From assembly GCA_902546085.1 (NCBI GenBank), contig CACCIO010000003.1, forward strand, positions 2,885 through 66,884: a stretch of 64,000 nucleotides of DNA, in the 5' to 3' direction. The position numbers were made by a program, and so were the translations under genes. Shown one piece after another: positions 39,647 to 50,631 of the stretch; the stretch's first letter is position 1, and each line of letters begins with the position of its first letter. Origin of the DNA: an uncultured Pelagibacteraceae bacterium (GTDB taxonomy: Bacteria > Pseudomonadota > Alphaproteobacteria > Pelagibacterales > Pelagibacteraceae). Below the pieces are notes generated by a model. The model saw only the letters and a list, made by a program, of their open reading frames with translations. It searched no databases and was not told where the DNA came from.

Positions 39647-40905
39647 TGTCAGAAACTGAGATTAAAGTACCTAATATTGGAGATTTTAAAGATGTTGAGG
39701 TTATTGAGGTATTAGTTACCGAAGGTCAATCAATTAAAAAAAATGATGCTCTAATAACAATTGAAAGCGATAAATCTAGCGTTGAAATACCATCAAATTT
39801 AGAAGGTAAAATAAAAAATTTAAAAATAAAAGTAGGAGACAAAGTTTCTGAAGGCGACTTAATTTTAATTATAGATGACTCAGAAGTTAAAAGGGAAGAG
39901 ATTATAGAGAAACCAGAAATTGAAATAGAGTCAAAAAAAATTGAGATAATAAAACCTGAGATCCAAGAAAAAACATTTTCTAAAAATAATATTTCAGACA
40001 TTTCGTCTGCAAGTCCAAAAGCTAGAAAATTCGCTAGAGAACTTAGTGTAGATATTAATCAAGTAGTGGGAAGTCAGAAAGATGGCAGAGTTGTTGAAGA
40101 CGATATTAAAAAATTTGTTTCATCTAATTCAAAAAACAAAGTTGTAGTAAAAGATAGTAAACCAGATAAAATTAAAAATGAATTTGAACATTCTGATTTT
40201 GGCGAAATAGAAATTAAAGACATACCAAGAGTAAAAAAATTATCATCTAAATATCTTACAAATTCATGGACAACAATTCCTCATGTTACAAATCACGATG
40301 AAGCCGACATAACGGAGATGGAAAGTTTTAGAAATTCATTAACAGACATGTATACTGGAGAAAAAATTAAAATTACACCTCTAGCATTTATAATAAAGGC
40401 TTTAGTTGCATCTCTTAAGAAATTTCCTAGTTTTAATTCTTCTATCGATGAAATTGACACTGGAAAAATGACTTTAAAAAAATATTACCATATTGGTATA
40501 GCAGTTGACACTCCAAATGGATTAATGGTTCCAAAAATAAGAAATGCAAATAATAAAAAAATTTCTCTTATAACTAAAGAATTAAAAGAGGTAAGTGAAC
40601 TTTGTAGAAATTTAAAAATTGACAAAAAAGAATTGTTTGGTGGCTCGATGACGATTACGAGTTTAGGTGGTATAGGAGGTTCATTTTTTACTCCTATAAT
40701 TAATTATCCTGAAGTTGCTATATTAGGAGTAGGAAGATCGGAAAAAAAACAAATTTTTATCAATGGGAAGTTTCAAACTAGAACTATGCTCCCAATTTCT
40801 TTATCTTATGATCACAGAATTATTGATGGTGCAGAGGCAGCTAGGTTTAACAATGATCTAAAAGAAAATTTAGGCAAAAATTTTGCTTACAAATTAGCTG
40901 TCTAA
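39646..40905 (+). CDS. aceF: Dihydrolipoamide acetyltransferase E2
   Basis: One lipoyl domain, ASP.ARKFARE binding domain, SYDHRIIDGA. Confidence 0.95.
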   Translation: MSETEIKVPNIGDFKDVEVIEVLVTEGQSIKKNDALITIESDKSSVEIPSNLEGKIKNLKIKVGDKVSEGDLILIIDDSEVKREEIIEKPEIEIESKKIEIIKPEIQEKTFSKNNISDISSASPKARKFARELSVDINQVVGSQKDGRVVEDDIKKFVSSNSKNKVVVKDSKPDKIKNEFEHSDFGEIEIKDIPRVKKLSSKYLTNSWTTIPHVTNHDEADITEMESFRNSLTDMYTGEKIKITPLAFIIKALVASLKKFPSFNSSIDEIDTGKMTLKKYYHIGIAVDTPNGLMVPKIRNANNKKISLITKELKEVSELCRNLKIDKKELFGGSMTITSLGGIGGSFFTPIINYPEVAILGVGRSEKKQIFINGKFQTRTMLPISLSYDHRIIDGAEAARFNNDLKENLGKNFAYKLAV

Positions 40906-40911
40906 TTAAAA

Positions 40912-41805
40912 ATGAGTAAATCCATATCATTAATTAGCGCCTTATTGTGCACTTTCATTTGGGGAACAACTTTTATTGCCCAAGACACAGGCATGGATAA
41001 TATCGGCCCCTTTACATTTAATGCTGTGAGATTTTTTGTTGGGTTTTCAGCCATAATTCCACTTATGATTTTATTTGAATTAAAAAATTTCAAATCAGAA
41101 TTTAAATTAGATAAAAAAACTTTCATAATTTATTCATTGTTAATTGGAATTTCTTTATTTTTAGGCTCTGCACTACAACAAGTTGCTTTGCTTTATACTG
41201 ATGTTGCAAATGCTGCTTTTTTTACAATTTTTTATGTACCAATGGTACCGATTATCATTTTTTTGTTTGGTAAAAAATCAATGCATTGGAGTGTATGGCC
41301 TTCTGTAGTTCTATGTTTAATTGGAGGATATTTATTAACAAACTTTCATGATGCAACAGTAAGATTAGGAGATACTTTAGTAGTTCTTGGAGCTTTATTT
41401 TGGAGCACTCATATCATTTTTACTGGGATCATTATAACTAAATATAATCTCCCACTTACCCTAGGAGCTGCACAGACTTTAATTGTGGCTTTTTTTTCAT
41501 TTATAATTGGAATTATTTATGAAGAATTTATTTTAAAAAATATTTTAATGGAAATTTATTCAATTTTATATGCAGGTATATTATCTGGTGGATTTGCATT
41601 TGTATTACAAATTTATGCCCAGCGTAATATTACCCCAGCACCTGCCGCTATAATTTTTTCTCTTGAAGGTGTATTTGCGACTATAGCTGCTTGGTTTATT
41701 TTAAATCAAATTCTAGATGTTAGTAATTTACTAGGATGTTTTTTTATTCTTTGTGGAGTTCTTTTGTCTCAATTACTCCCTTTAATAAAAAAAAAATATA
41801 CTTAA
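40912..41805 (+). CDS. DMT/EamA family transporter
   Basis: IWG.TF.AQ, FN..RF, SLE.VFA; ~10 TM segments. Confidence 0.9.
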   Translation: MSKSISLISALLCTFIWGTTFIAQDTGMDNIGPFTFNAVRFFVGFSAIIPLMILFELKNFKSEFKLDKKTFIIYSLLIGISLFLGSALQQVALLYTDVANAAFFTIFYVPMVPIIIFLFGKKSMHWSVWPSVVLCLIGGYLLTNFHDATVRLGDTLVVLGALFWSTHIIFTGIIITKYNLPLTLGAAQTLIVAFFSFIIGIIYEEFILKNILMEIYSILYAGILSGGFAFVLQIYAQRNITPAPAAIIFSLEGVFATIAAWFILNQILDVSNLLGCFFILCGVLLSQLLPLIKKKYT

Positions 41806-42566
41806 TAAATTAAACTAAATAAAATCAAAGCAATTATTATTCTATAAATTACAAACGCATTCATTGAAAATTTATTAATATAAATTAAAAAGAATTTAAC
41901 TGTTAGAAAAGAAAAAATAAAAGAAGATATAATTGCTATAACAACTAAGTAATTTAACTGAATTGGTTGTTCAAAAATATCTTTTAAGCTTAAGACACTA
42001 GCTCCTGCCAGCGCTGGGATTGAAAGTAAAAAAGATATCTTACTTGAGTCTACTCTATTAAATTTTAAAATTCTCGCAGCTGTTATAGTAATTCCTGCCC
42101 TACTCACTCCAGGCATAAGAGACAAAATTTGGAAAATACCTACAAATATTATCGATTGGAAATTTAAATTTGAAGAAATTTTTTTATCAAATCGATTTTT
42201 GTCTGAGAGGTATAAAATTATTGCAAAGATTAATGTAGTCCATGCAATAATTTCTATATTTCTTAACTGATAAATCAAATTTGTACTATAAAGTATGTAT
42301 CCAACAATTATTAATGGAATAGATCCTAATACAATTAAATTTAAAATTCTTTTATTTTTTCTAGCATCAAATAGTTCATCTCTAAAAAAATAAATTATTG
42401 CTATTAGTGAACCTAGATGGAGGCTGATATCAATAAGCAAAGAACTAGATTTAAATTCATATAAAGTAGAAACCAAAATTAAATGAGCAGAAGAACTAAT
42501 AGGAAGAAATTCAGATATTCCTTGAATTGCAGAGAGAATTAAAACTTCTATAATATTTTGAAACAT
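41802..42566 (-). CDS. uppP: Undecaprenyl-diphosphate phosphatase
   Basis: QGISEFLPISSSAHL, PGVSRAG.TI, F..YRI. Confidence 0.95.
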   Translation of the reverse strand: MFQNIIEVLILSAIQGISEFLPISSSAHLILVSTLYEFKSSSLLIDISLHLGSLIAIIYFFRDELFDARKNKRILNLIVLGSIPLIIVGYILYSTNLIYQLRNIEIIAWTTLIFAIILYLSDKNRFDKKISSNLNFQSIIFVGIFQILSLMPGVSRAGITITAARILKFNRVDSSKISFLLSIPALAGASVLSLKDIFEQPIQLNYLVVIAIISSFIFSFLTVKFFLIYINKFSMNAFVIYRIIIALILFSLIY

Positions 42567-42614
42567 TATTTCTTCGTAACTTATAAAGTATTTATTTGAA
42601 ACAATTCGATTTAA

Positions 42615-42692
42615 GCATAATAGCTATGCAATAATTAAAAACTTGTTTATTGGCGTTAATAATTTAAAAATTAAGGTCAATGTTTATGACCT
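42615..42692. promoter_or_regulatory. Two palindromic candidate TF sites in the uppP/gltD divergent spacer
   Basis: GCATA-atagc-TATGC (42615-42629) and AGGTCA-N7-TGACCT (42674-42692). Confidence 0.45.
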
Positions 42693-42749
42693 ATTTTATG
42701 CTTTATATACATAAATCAGGGTATATTTTGCCGAAACTTAAATAATATT

Positions 42750-44189
42750 ATGCCAGATAAAATGCTTAAATTTGTTAAAATAGGTCAACAAACTCCCCCT
42801 AAAAGAGAAGTTGATAACAGAAAGAAAGATTTTAAGGAAATTTATGATGATTATATCAACGAAAAAGCCAAAGAACAGTCAAGTAGGTGTTCGCAATGTG
42901 GAGTACCTTTTTGCCAAGTTCATTGTCCTTTAAGTAACAACATTCCAGATTGGCTTAAACTGACAGCAGAGGGAAGATTAAAAGAGGCGTATGAATTATC
43001 CCAAAGCACAAACAATATGCCTGAAGTGTGTGGCCGAATTTGCCCCCAAGATAGATTATGCGAGGGAAATTGTGTAATTGAACAGTCTGGTCATGGAACA
43101 GTAACTATTGGATCAGTAGAAAAATATATTACAGATAATGCTTGGGCTAAGGGTTGGGTAAAACCAATTAAGGTAACAAATGAAAAAAATCAAAGTGTAG
43201 GAATTATAGGAGCAGGTCCTGCTGGTTTAGCTGCTGCAGAACAATTAAGAAAAAATGGATATAAAATTACTGTCTACGATAGATATGATAGAGCAGGAGG
43301 ATTATTAATTTATGGAATTCCAAATTTTAAATTAGAAAAAGAAGTTGTAGAGCGAAGAACAAAACTCTTAAAGGATGGAGGAATTGAATTTGTTCAAAAT
43401 TTTGAAGTTGGTAAAGATGCAAGCCTAGACCAATTGAGAAAAAAACACGATGCAATTTTAATTGCTACAGGAGTTTATAAAGCAAGAGAAGTAAACTTAC
43501 CTGGAAATGATCTTGATAATATTTTTCCTGCAATGGATTTTTTAACGGCATCTAATAAAAAAGGTCTTGGAGATGATGTTGAGTTGTTTGACAAAGGAAT
43601 TTTAAACGCTGAAGGTAAGGATGTTGTTGTAATCGGTGGAGGTGACACAGCAATGGATTGTGTGAGAACTTCTATAAGACAGAAGGCAAAATCTGTTAAA
43701 TGTTTGTATAGAAGAGATAAAGAAAATATGCCAGGATCTGCAAGAGAAGTTGCAAATGCAGAAGAAGAAGGTGTTGAATTTGTTTGGTTATCAAGTCCTA
43801 AAGAATTTAAAGGTACAAATAAAGTAGAAAAAATAATTGTAGATCAAATTAAACTAGGTGATCCAGACGAGACAGGAAGAAGAAAGCCACAAGTACAAGA
43901 AGGCTCAAGTTACGAAACAAAAGCAGATATGGTTATCAAAGCACTAGGTTTTGATCCTGAGGATTTACCGAATTTATTTGATAGTAGTGAATTACAAGTA
44001 ACAAAGTGGGGAACTATTAAAACAGATTTTGATACTATGGAAACACATATAAAAGGGGTGTTTGCTGCTGGTGATATAGTAAGAGGAGCTTCATTAGTTG
44101 TTTGGGCGATAAAAGATGGAAGAGATGCAGCAGCTTCAATTAAAACTTATCTAGAGAGTAAATCTAAAGTGGAAAAAAGAGTGGCTTAA
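42750..44189 (+). CDS. gltD: Glutamate synthase small subunit
   Basis: RCSQCGVPFC..HCP, GRICPQDRLCEG.C, GAGPAGL, GGGDTAMDC. Confidence 0.97.
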   Translation: MPDKMLKFVKIGQQTPPKREVDNRKKDFKEIYDDYINEKAKEQSSRCSQCGVPFCQVHCPLSNNIPDWLKLTAEGRLKEAYELSQSTNNMPEVCGRICPQDRLCEGNCVIEQSGHGTVTIGSVEKYITDNAWAKGWVKPIKVTNEKNQSVGIIGAGPAGLAAAEQLRKNGYKITVYDRYDRAGGLLIYGIPNFKLEKEVVERRTKLLKDGGIEFVQNFEVGKDASLDQLRKKHDAILIATGVYKAREVNLPGNDLDNIFPAMDFLTASNKKGLGDDVELFDKGILNAEGKDVVVIGGGDTAMDCVRTSIRQKAKSVKCLYRRDKENMPGSAREVANAEEEGVEFVWLSSPKEFKGTNKVEKIIVDQIKLGDPDETGRRKPQVQEGSSYETKADMVIKALGFDPEDLPNLFDSSELQVTKWGTIKTDFDTMETHIKGVFAAGDIVRGASLVVWAIKDGRDAAASIKTYLESKSKVEKRVA

Positions 44190-47100
44190 TGAAAAATTAT
44201 AATAAGAACCTTCACATTTTAAAAGAAAATAATGTTTATTCAGAAGACATGGAGCATGATGCTTGTGGTGTTGGTATAATTGCATCGACTGAAGGTAAAA
44301 AATCTCGTAAAGTTGTAGAGTATGGTATTGAAGCGTTAAAAGCAGTTTGGCATAGAGGCGCTGTAGATGCCGATGGGAAAACTGGTGACGGAGCTGGAAT
44401 TCATGTTGAAATACCGAAAGATTTCTTCATTGAAAAGATAGAAGTGACAGGACACACACACGACAATTCTGAAATATGTGTGGGCATGATATTTCTGCCT
44501 CGGAATGATTATGCAGCGCAAGAAAGTTGCAAAACTATTGTAGAAAGCGAATTAACAAAAAATGATTTTAGTATTTACGGTTGGAGACAAGTTCCAGTAA
44601 ATCCAAAAGTTTTAGGAGAAAAGGCATTCCAAACAATGCCTGAAATTATCCAAGTATTGTTTAAACCTTATAATCCAGAACTAACAAATAAAGATTTGGA
44701 AAGAAAAATTTATGAAACTAGAAGAAAGATAGAAAACGAAGCTTTTAAAAAATCTTTAAACAATTTTTATATTTGTTCATTGAGTTCTAAATCTATCATT
44801 TACAAGGGGATGTTTTTAGCTGAAGCTATCTCAGATTTCTACCTTGATTTAAAAGATGAGAGATTTGTTTCAAGGTTTGCTATTTTTCATCAAAGATTTT
44901 CAACAAATACAGCGCCTAGCTGGAATTTAGCTCAACCCTTTAGAGCTATAGCGCATAATGGAGAAATTAATACGTATAGAGGAAATAAAAATTGGATGAA
45001 AGTTCACGAACAAGAGATGAACAGTCCCCTTTTTGAAGATGTTGAAAACTTAAAACCAGTTATACAACAGGGAGCATCAGACTCTGCTGCATTAGACAAT
45101 GTTTTTGAATTATTAAATATATCTGGTCAGCCTGCGCCTTTGGCGAAGCTTATGTTAGTTCCAGACGCATGGTCTAAAAAAAATAAAACTCTACCAAAAG
45201 ATCACCAACAATTATTTAATTTTTTGAACAGCACTATGGAGCCATGGGATGGACCAGCTGCTATTGCTGGAACTGATAATGAGTGGGTTATAGCTGCAAA
45301 TGATAGAAATGGATTAAGACCTTTAAGATATGCAATTACAAAAGATAAATTATTATTTGCAGGTTCTGAAACAGGAATGATTGAATTAAATGAAAAAAGA
45401 ATTTTGTCAAAGGGAAGATTGGGTCCTGGGGAAATTATTGGAGTAAGAATAGAAAAAGGCAAAGTATTTACAAACAAGCAAATAAAAGATTATTTAGCCA
45501 AAGAGTATAAACACTTTAATTCACAAATTATCGACCTGGATGATAAGCTAACTATTTCAGATGAAAAAAATTCTTTTTCGGGAGATGATTTAAGAAGAAG
45601 GCAATATACTTTTGGAATAAGTCTAGAAGATCTTGAGCTCATACTGCATCCTATGGCAGAAGATGCTAAAGAAGCAACTGGATCTATGGGGGACGATACA
45701 CCATTGGCTGTTTTGTCAGATAGGTATAGACCGTTGTACCATTTTTTTAGACAAAATTTTAGTCAAGTCACAAACCCACCAATAGACTCTTTAAGAGAAA
45801 ACAAGGTTATGAGTTTGAAAACAAGATTTGGAAATCTTGGAAATATTTTAAATTTTGATAATTTAACAAAGCAAAATATTTATGTTTTAAATAGTCCAAT
45901 ATTATCAAATTCTCAGTTTGAAAAATTTATAAATTTTTTTGGTAACAATTCATCTATAATTGATTGTACTTTTTCTGAGGAGGAAACTTTATTTGATTCA
46001 ATTAAAAAAATTCAAAAAGAAGCTGAGATTGCAGTAAGACAGGGAGTTACTCAATTGATTTTAAGTGACAAAGAGCTTTCTAGCTTAAAACTTCCAATAC
46101 CAATGCTTTTAGCAGTTGGATCAATTAATTCATTCCTTATTGAAAAAAAACTAAGAGGATATGTATCAATAAATGTTCAATCTGGAGAGGCTTTAGATAC
46201 ACATTCTTTTGCAACCTTAATAGGAGTTGGAGCAACTACCGTAAATCCATACTTAGCATTTGATAGTTTATTTCAGCGTCATGAAAAGAAATTATTTGGT
46301 CAATTTAGCTTTGATGAATGTGTAGAGAGATACATAAAATCAGTAAACGCAGGTTTACTAAAGATCATGTCTAAGATGGGTATTTCAGTTCTAAGTTCTT
46401 ATAGAGGTGGATGTAACTTTGAAACCGTAGGTTTAAGTAGAACAATTGTTGCAGATTATTTTCCAGGAGTTGTCTCTAAAATTTCAGGTATTGGACTTAC
46501 AGGTATAGAGAAAAAAATTAGAGAAATACATAAAGAGGCATTTGAAAGTTCTGAAACCATATTGCCGATAGGCGGTATATACAGATATCGTAAAAATGGT
46601 GAAACTCATCAATATCAAGGAAAATTAATTCACTTACTTCAAAGTGCAGTAGGATCTAATTCTTATGATGCCTATAAAAGATATGCGGATGGAATATACA
46701 GCTTACCACCCATTAATCTTAGAGACTTAATTGATTTCAGAGAAAAAAAATTAAGTGGGCCAATAGATATTTCTGAGGTTGAGCCAATAGAAAATATTTT
46801 AAAAAGATTTGGAAGTGGGAGCATGTCTCATGGAGCTTTATCAAAAGAGGCGCATGAAACTTTGGCAACCGGTATGAATAGGATTAAAGGTGCTTCATGT
46901 AGTGGAGAGGGCGGTGAAGATGCAAGTAGATTTAAAGTTTTAGATAATGGTGACAGCGCAAACTCAAGAGTTAAACAAATAGCTTCTGCAAGATTTGGAG
47001 TTACAGTTAATTATCTTAATAATTGTAATGAGATAGAAATTAAAATTGCACAAGGCGCCAAGCCTGGTGAGGGAGGTCAGCTACCAGGATTTAAAGTTAC

Positions 47101-48694
47101 AGAGGAGATTGCTAAACTTAGACATTCAACTCCTGGAGTTACTTTAATATCTCCACCACCACATCATGATATTTATTCAATCGAAGATCTTGCACAACTA
47201 ATTTATGATTTAAAACAGATAAATCCTAAAGCAAGAATTGGAGTTAAGCTTGTTGCTTCCTCTGGAGTAGGAACAATTGCAGCTGGTGTAGCTAAAGCAA
47301 AAGCAGATATAATATTAATTTCTGGACATAATGGCGGAACAGGAGCAACACCACAGACTAGTGTTAAGTATGTTGGAATACCATGGGAAATGGGTTTGAC
47401 AGAAGCAAACCAAGTATTAACTTTAAATAATCTTAGACATAAAGTTACATTAAGAACAGACGGTGGAATTAAAACTGGAAGAGATGTGGTGATAGCTGCA
47501 ATGATGGGTGCTGAAGAATATGGTGTCGCTACTACAGCTTTAGTTGCAATGGGTTGTATAATGGTAAGGCAATGTCATTCAAATACATGTCCTGTAGGCG
47601 TTTGCACTCAAGATGAAAAGCTCAGAGAAAAATTTACTGGGACTCCAGAAAAAGTAGTTAATTTGTTTACATTTATAGCCAGTGAAGTAAGAGAAATATT
47701 AGCAAATTTAGGTTTTAAATCATTAAATGAAGTGATTGGTAGGACAGACTTGTTAAAACAGGTTAGTAAGGGTTCTCCAAATTTAGACGACTTGGATTTA
47801 AATCCTTTATTTGTTCAAGCTGATACTGGAAATGATCCAAGGTATTGTGAGGATCAAGAAATAAATAGTGTACCAGATACTCTTGACCAACAAATTTGGC
47901 CCGAAATTGAACAAGCTTTAGATAATTCTGAAAAAATTGAGAAAGAATATCAAATAAAAAATACTCATAGAGCAGTAGGCACTAGAATTTCTCATCATTT
48001 GTATAAAAAATACGGTTATGAAAAACTTGATGAAAACTTTTTAATTTTAAATTTTAAAGGATCAGCAGGTCAATCATTTGGTGCATTTTCTTCTAAAGGT
48101 TTAAAACTTGTACTAAAGGGAGATGCAAATGATTATGTTGGTAAAGGTTTGTCAGGAGCTACTATTTCAATAAAATTACCTGAAGAGAGCAATTTAGTAT
48201 CAAATGAGAATACAATTTTAGGAAATACTGTTCTTTACGGAGCTACTTCAGGAAAACTTTTTGCTGCTGGTCAAGCTGGTGAAAGATTTTCAGTTAGAAA
48301 TTCTGGTGCAGTTACAGTAATTGAAGGATGCGATTCTAATGGATGTGAATATATGACTGGTGGAACTGTAGTAATTTTAGGTGATGTCGGTGATAATTTT
48401 GCAGCTGGTATGACAGGTGGAATGGCCTTTATATATGATAAATCTCAACAATTTGAAAAGAAAGTAAATCCAGAGTCAGTAGTTTGGCAAAATGTAGAGA
48501 CAGATTATTGGAAAGAATATTTAAAAAACTTAGTCAGCGAGCAGTTTAAAGAAACTGAGTCTCAATTATCGAAAAAAATAATTGAAAACTTTGATGATGA
48601 AGTAAATAATTTTGTTCAGGTGTGTCCTAAAGAAATGTTGGATAAATTAAAAAATCCAATTACTTTAAAAAAAGATATAAAAAAAGTTAGCTAA
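44189..48694 (+). CDS. gltB: Glutamate synthase large subunit
   Basis: EHDACGVG, HQRFSTNT, KIAQGAKPGEGGQLPG, C.M.RQCHSNTCPVG. Confidence 0.99.
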   Translation: MKNYNKNLHILKENNVYSEDMEHDACGVGIIASTEGKKSRKVVEYGIEALKAVWHRGAVDADGKTGDGAGIHVEIPKDFFIEKIEVTGHTHDNSEICVGMIFLPRNDYAAQESCKTIVESELTKNDFSIYGWRQVPVNPKVLGEKAFQTMPEIIQVLFKPYNPELTNKDLERKIYETRRKIENEAFKKSLNNFYICSLSSKSIIYKGMFLAEAISDFYLDLKDERFVSRFAIFHQRFSTNTAPSWNLAQPFRAIAHNGEINTYRGNKNWMKVHEQEMNSPLFEDVENLKPVIQQGASDSAALDNVFELLNISGQPAPLAKLMLVPDAWSKKNKTLPKDHQQLFNFLNSTMEPWDGPAAIAGTDNEWVIAANDRNGLRPLRYAITKDKLLFAGSETGMIELNEKRILSKGRLGPGEIIGVRIEKGKVFTNKQIKDYLAKEYKHFNSQIIDLDDKLTISDEKNSFSGDDLRRRQYTFGISLEDLELILHPMAEDAKEATGSMGDDTPLAVLSDRYRPLYHFFRQNFSQVTNPPIDSLRENKVMSLKTRFGNLGNILNFDNLTKQNIYVLNSPILSNSQFEKFINFFGNNSSIIDCTFSEEETLFDSIKKIQKEAEIAVRQGVTQLILSDKELSSLKLPIPMLLAVGSINSFLIEKKLRGYVSINVQSGEALDTHSFATLIGVGATTVNPYLAFDSLFQRHEKKLFGQFSFDECVERYIKSVNAGLLKIMSKMGISVLSSYRGGCNFETVGLSRTIVADYFPGVVSKISGIGLTGIEKKIREIHKEAFESSETILPIGGIYRYRKNGETHQYQGKLIHLLQSAVGSNSYDAYKRYADGIYSLPPINLRDLIDFREKKLSGPIDISEVEPIENILKRFGSGSMSHGALSKEAHETLATGMNRIKGASCSGEGGEDASRFKVLDNGDSANSRVKQIASARFGVTVNYLNNCNEIEIKIAQGAKPGEGGQLPGFKVTEEIAKLRHSTPGVTLISPPPHHDIYSIEDLAQLIYDLKQINPKARIGVKLVASSGVGTIAAGVAKAKADIILISGHNGGTGATPQTSVKYVGIPWEMGLTEANQVLTLNNLRHKVTLRTDGGIKTGRDVVIAAMMGAEEYGVATTALVAMGCIMVRQCHSNTCPVGVCTQDEKLREKFTGTPEKVVNLFTFIASEVREILANLGFKSLNEVIGRTDLLKQVSKGSPNLDDLDLNPLFVQADTGNDPRYCEDQEINSVPDTLDQQIWPEIEQALDNSEKIEKEYQIKNTHRAVGTRISHHLYKKYGYEKLDENFLILNFKGSAGQSFGAFSSKGLKLVLKGDANDYVGKGLSGATISIKLPEESNLVSNENTILGNTVLYGATSGKLFAAGQAGERFSVRNSGAVTVIEGCDSNGCEYMTGGTVVILGDVGDNFAAGMTGGMAFIYDKSQQFEKKVNPESVVWQNVETDYWKEYLKNLVSEQFKETESQLSKKIIENFDDEVNNFVQVCPKEMLDKLKNPITLKKDIKKVS

Positions 48695-49440
48695 ATTAAT
48701 AATTTAAGCTCTTTTAAAATTATATTTAACCATTTTTTATTTGATAAACTGTGATCACCTTTTTTTACAATATTTAACTTTTTCTTAGCTTTTGGAAATA
48801 ATCTTAAAACTTTTCTTGAATATGAGACAGGAACTGCCTCATCTTTTTCACCATGAACCATTGTTACTTGAATATTTGAATTAATTTTTTTATTTAAGAC
48901 TTTGTTTTTTCTTCCATCTTTTATTAATTGTAGAGTAATTGGATATTCATAATTACCATGTTTTAATTGATAAATACCCTTACTTATTGTTTCCTCTTTC
49001 ATTTTTTTAGTAAAATTTTTCCACATTAAATTTTCTAAAAATTCAGGAGCAGCCCCTATTCCTAAAAATCCTTTAATCTGTTTTTTGAAAATTTTGAATT
49101 GATTGAGCGAAATCCATGCACCCATACTTGAACCAATTAGCACAAATTCTTTTTTTTTAACGTATTTTCTAATTAAAATTGAAGTCTCTTTACTCCATTT
49201 TGAAATATTTCCATTTACAAATTTTCCAGAAGATTTTCCATGACCAGAGTATTCTAGTGCTAAAAAACTTACTTTATTTTTTTTAGCAAATTTCAAAAAA
49301 GCATTTGGTTTTTTTCCTTCAAGATCTGACATAAAGCCATGCAAAAAAACTATAAAAGAACTATTTTTAAAAATTTTGGAAATATATCTAATTTTCTTTG
49401 TATTTGATATTTGGTGAAATCTGAAATTTGCCATAATCAT
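48691..49440 (-). CDS. Alpha/beta hydrolase
   Basis: FLHGF.SD..G.K, YSGHG.S, GSSMG, GDH.LS. Confidence 0.9.
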   Translation of the reverse strand: MIMANFRFHQISNTKKIRYISKIFKNSSFIVFLHGFMSDLEGKKPNAFLKFAKKNKVSFLALEYSGHGKSSGKFVNGNISKWSKETSILIRKYVKKKEFVLIGSSMGAWISLNQFKIFKKQIKGFLGIGAAPEFLENLMWKNFTKKMKEETISKGIYQLKHGNYEYPITLQLIKDGRKNKVLNKKINSNIQVTMVHGEKDEAVPVSYSRKVLRLFPKAKKKLNIVKKGDHSLSNKKWLNIILKELKLLI

Positions 49441-49476
49441 TTATAAGTTTTGTCTATTAATATATAATCATATCAA

Positions 49477-50631
49477 ATGTCATCTGATTTAAAAGTTTTA
49501 CAAGTAATTCCAAAATTAGGTTATGGGGGAGCTGAAACAGGCTGTTATGATATTGCACATTATTTACCAGAAAATAATTGTAAATCATTTATTGTAACAA
49601 GCGGCGGTGAATTACTTAAATTTGTAGATAGAAAAAAAGTTAAAATATTTAGACTTCCAGTGCAAAGCAAAAATCCACTACTAATTTTAATTAATGCTTT
49701 TATCTTAATTGGAATAATTTTAGTTTATAATATTTCTCTTGTTCACGCGAGAAGTAGAGCACCTGCTTGGTCATGTTTGTTAGCAACAAAAATCACAAGA
49801 CGAAAATTTGTAACTACATTTCATGGAACATACAATTTTAAGAGTAATATAAAAAAAATTTATAATTCGGTAATGACCAGGGCAGATTTAATTATTGCAG
49901 GATCTAATTTTATTTTTTCTCATATTAAAAAAAATTATTCAAAATATTTAAATGAGAAAAAAAAATTAATGGTTATTTTCAGAGGAATAAATGTTGATTA
50001 CTTCGATCCAACAACCAAAATTGAAATTGATGAGAAAAAAATATTAAAAAAATGGGACATTGAAAAAGATAAAAAAATTATACTTTTACCTGGTAGATTA
50101 ACTCCTTGGAAGGGACAGGAAGTTTTTATAGAGGCTATTAATTTAGTGAATATAGAACTCGGTTATGAAGCTTTTTATGCTGTCATTTTAGGTAGTGATC
50201 AAGGTAGAGATTTATATAAGAAAAAATTAATAAGACTCTCAGAGCAATACAGATTATTGAAACAAATAAGATTCATAGATAATTGTAAAGATATGGCCTT
50301 AGCTTATAAAGTTTCTGATATTATTGTTTCTGCCTCAACTGAACCAGAGGCTTTTGGCAGAGTTGCTGTTGAAGCACAATCAATGGAAAAACCAATTATA
50401 GCAAGTAACATTGGAGGCTCTAATGAAACAGTAATTGATGAAAAAACTGGTTTTTTATACGAAGCAGGAAATGCTAAATCATTAAGCGATAAAATTTTAA
50501 AAACTCTTAACATGAATGAAACTCTATTAAAATCAATTGGTAATGAGGGAAGAAAAAACATAGTTCAAAAATTTAATGTTGAAAAAATGTGTTTTTCTAC
50601 TTATTCAGAGTATAAGAGGTTATTAAATTAA
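49477..50631 (+). CDS. Glycosyltransferase family 4
   Basis: GGAE.G, HARSRAPAW, PGRLT.WKG, PEAFGRVAVEAQ. Confidence 0.93.
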   Translation: MSSDLKVLQVIPKLGYGGAETGCYDIAHYLPENNCKSFIVTSGGELLKFVDRKKVKIFRLPVQSKNPLLILINAFILIGIILVYNISLVHARSRAPAWSCLLATKITRRKFVTTFHGTYNFKSNIKKIYNSVMTRADLIIAGSNFIFSHIKKNYSKYLNEKKKLMVIFRGINVDYFDPTTKIEIDEKKILKKWDIEKDKKIILLPGRLTPWKGQEVFIEAINLVNIELGYEAFYAVILGSDQGRDLYKKKLIRLSEQYRLLKQIRFIDNCKDMALAYKVSDIIVSASTEPEAFGRVAVEAQSMEKPIIASNIGGSNETVIDEKTGFLYEAGNAKSLSDKILKTLNMNETLLKSIGNEGRKNIVQKFNVEKMCFSTYSEYKRLLN

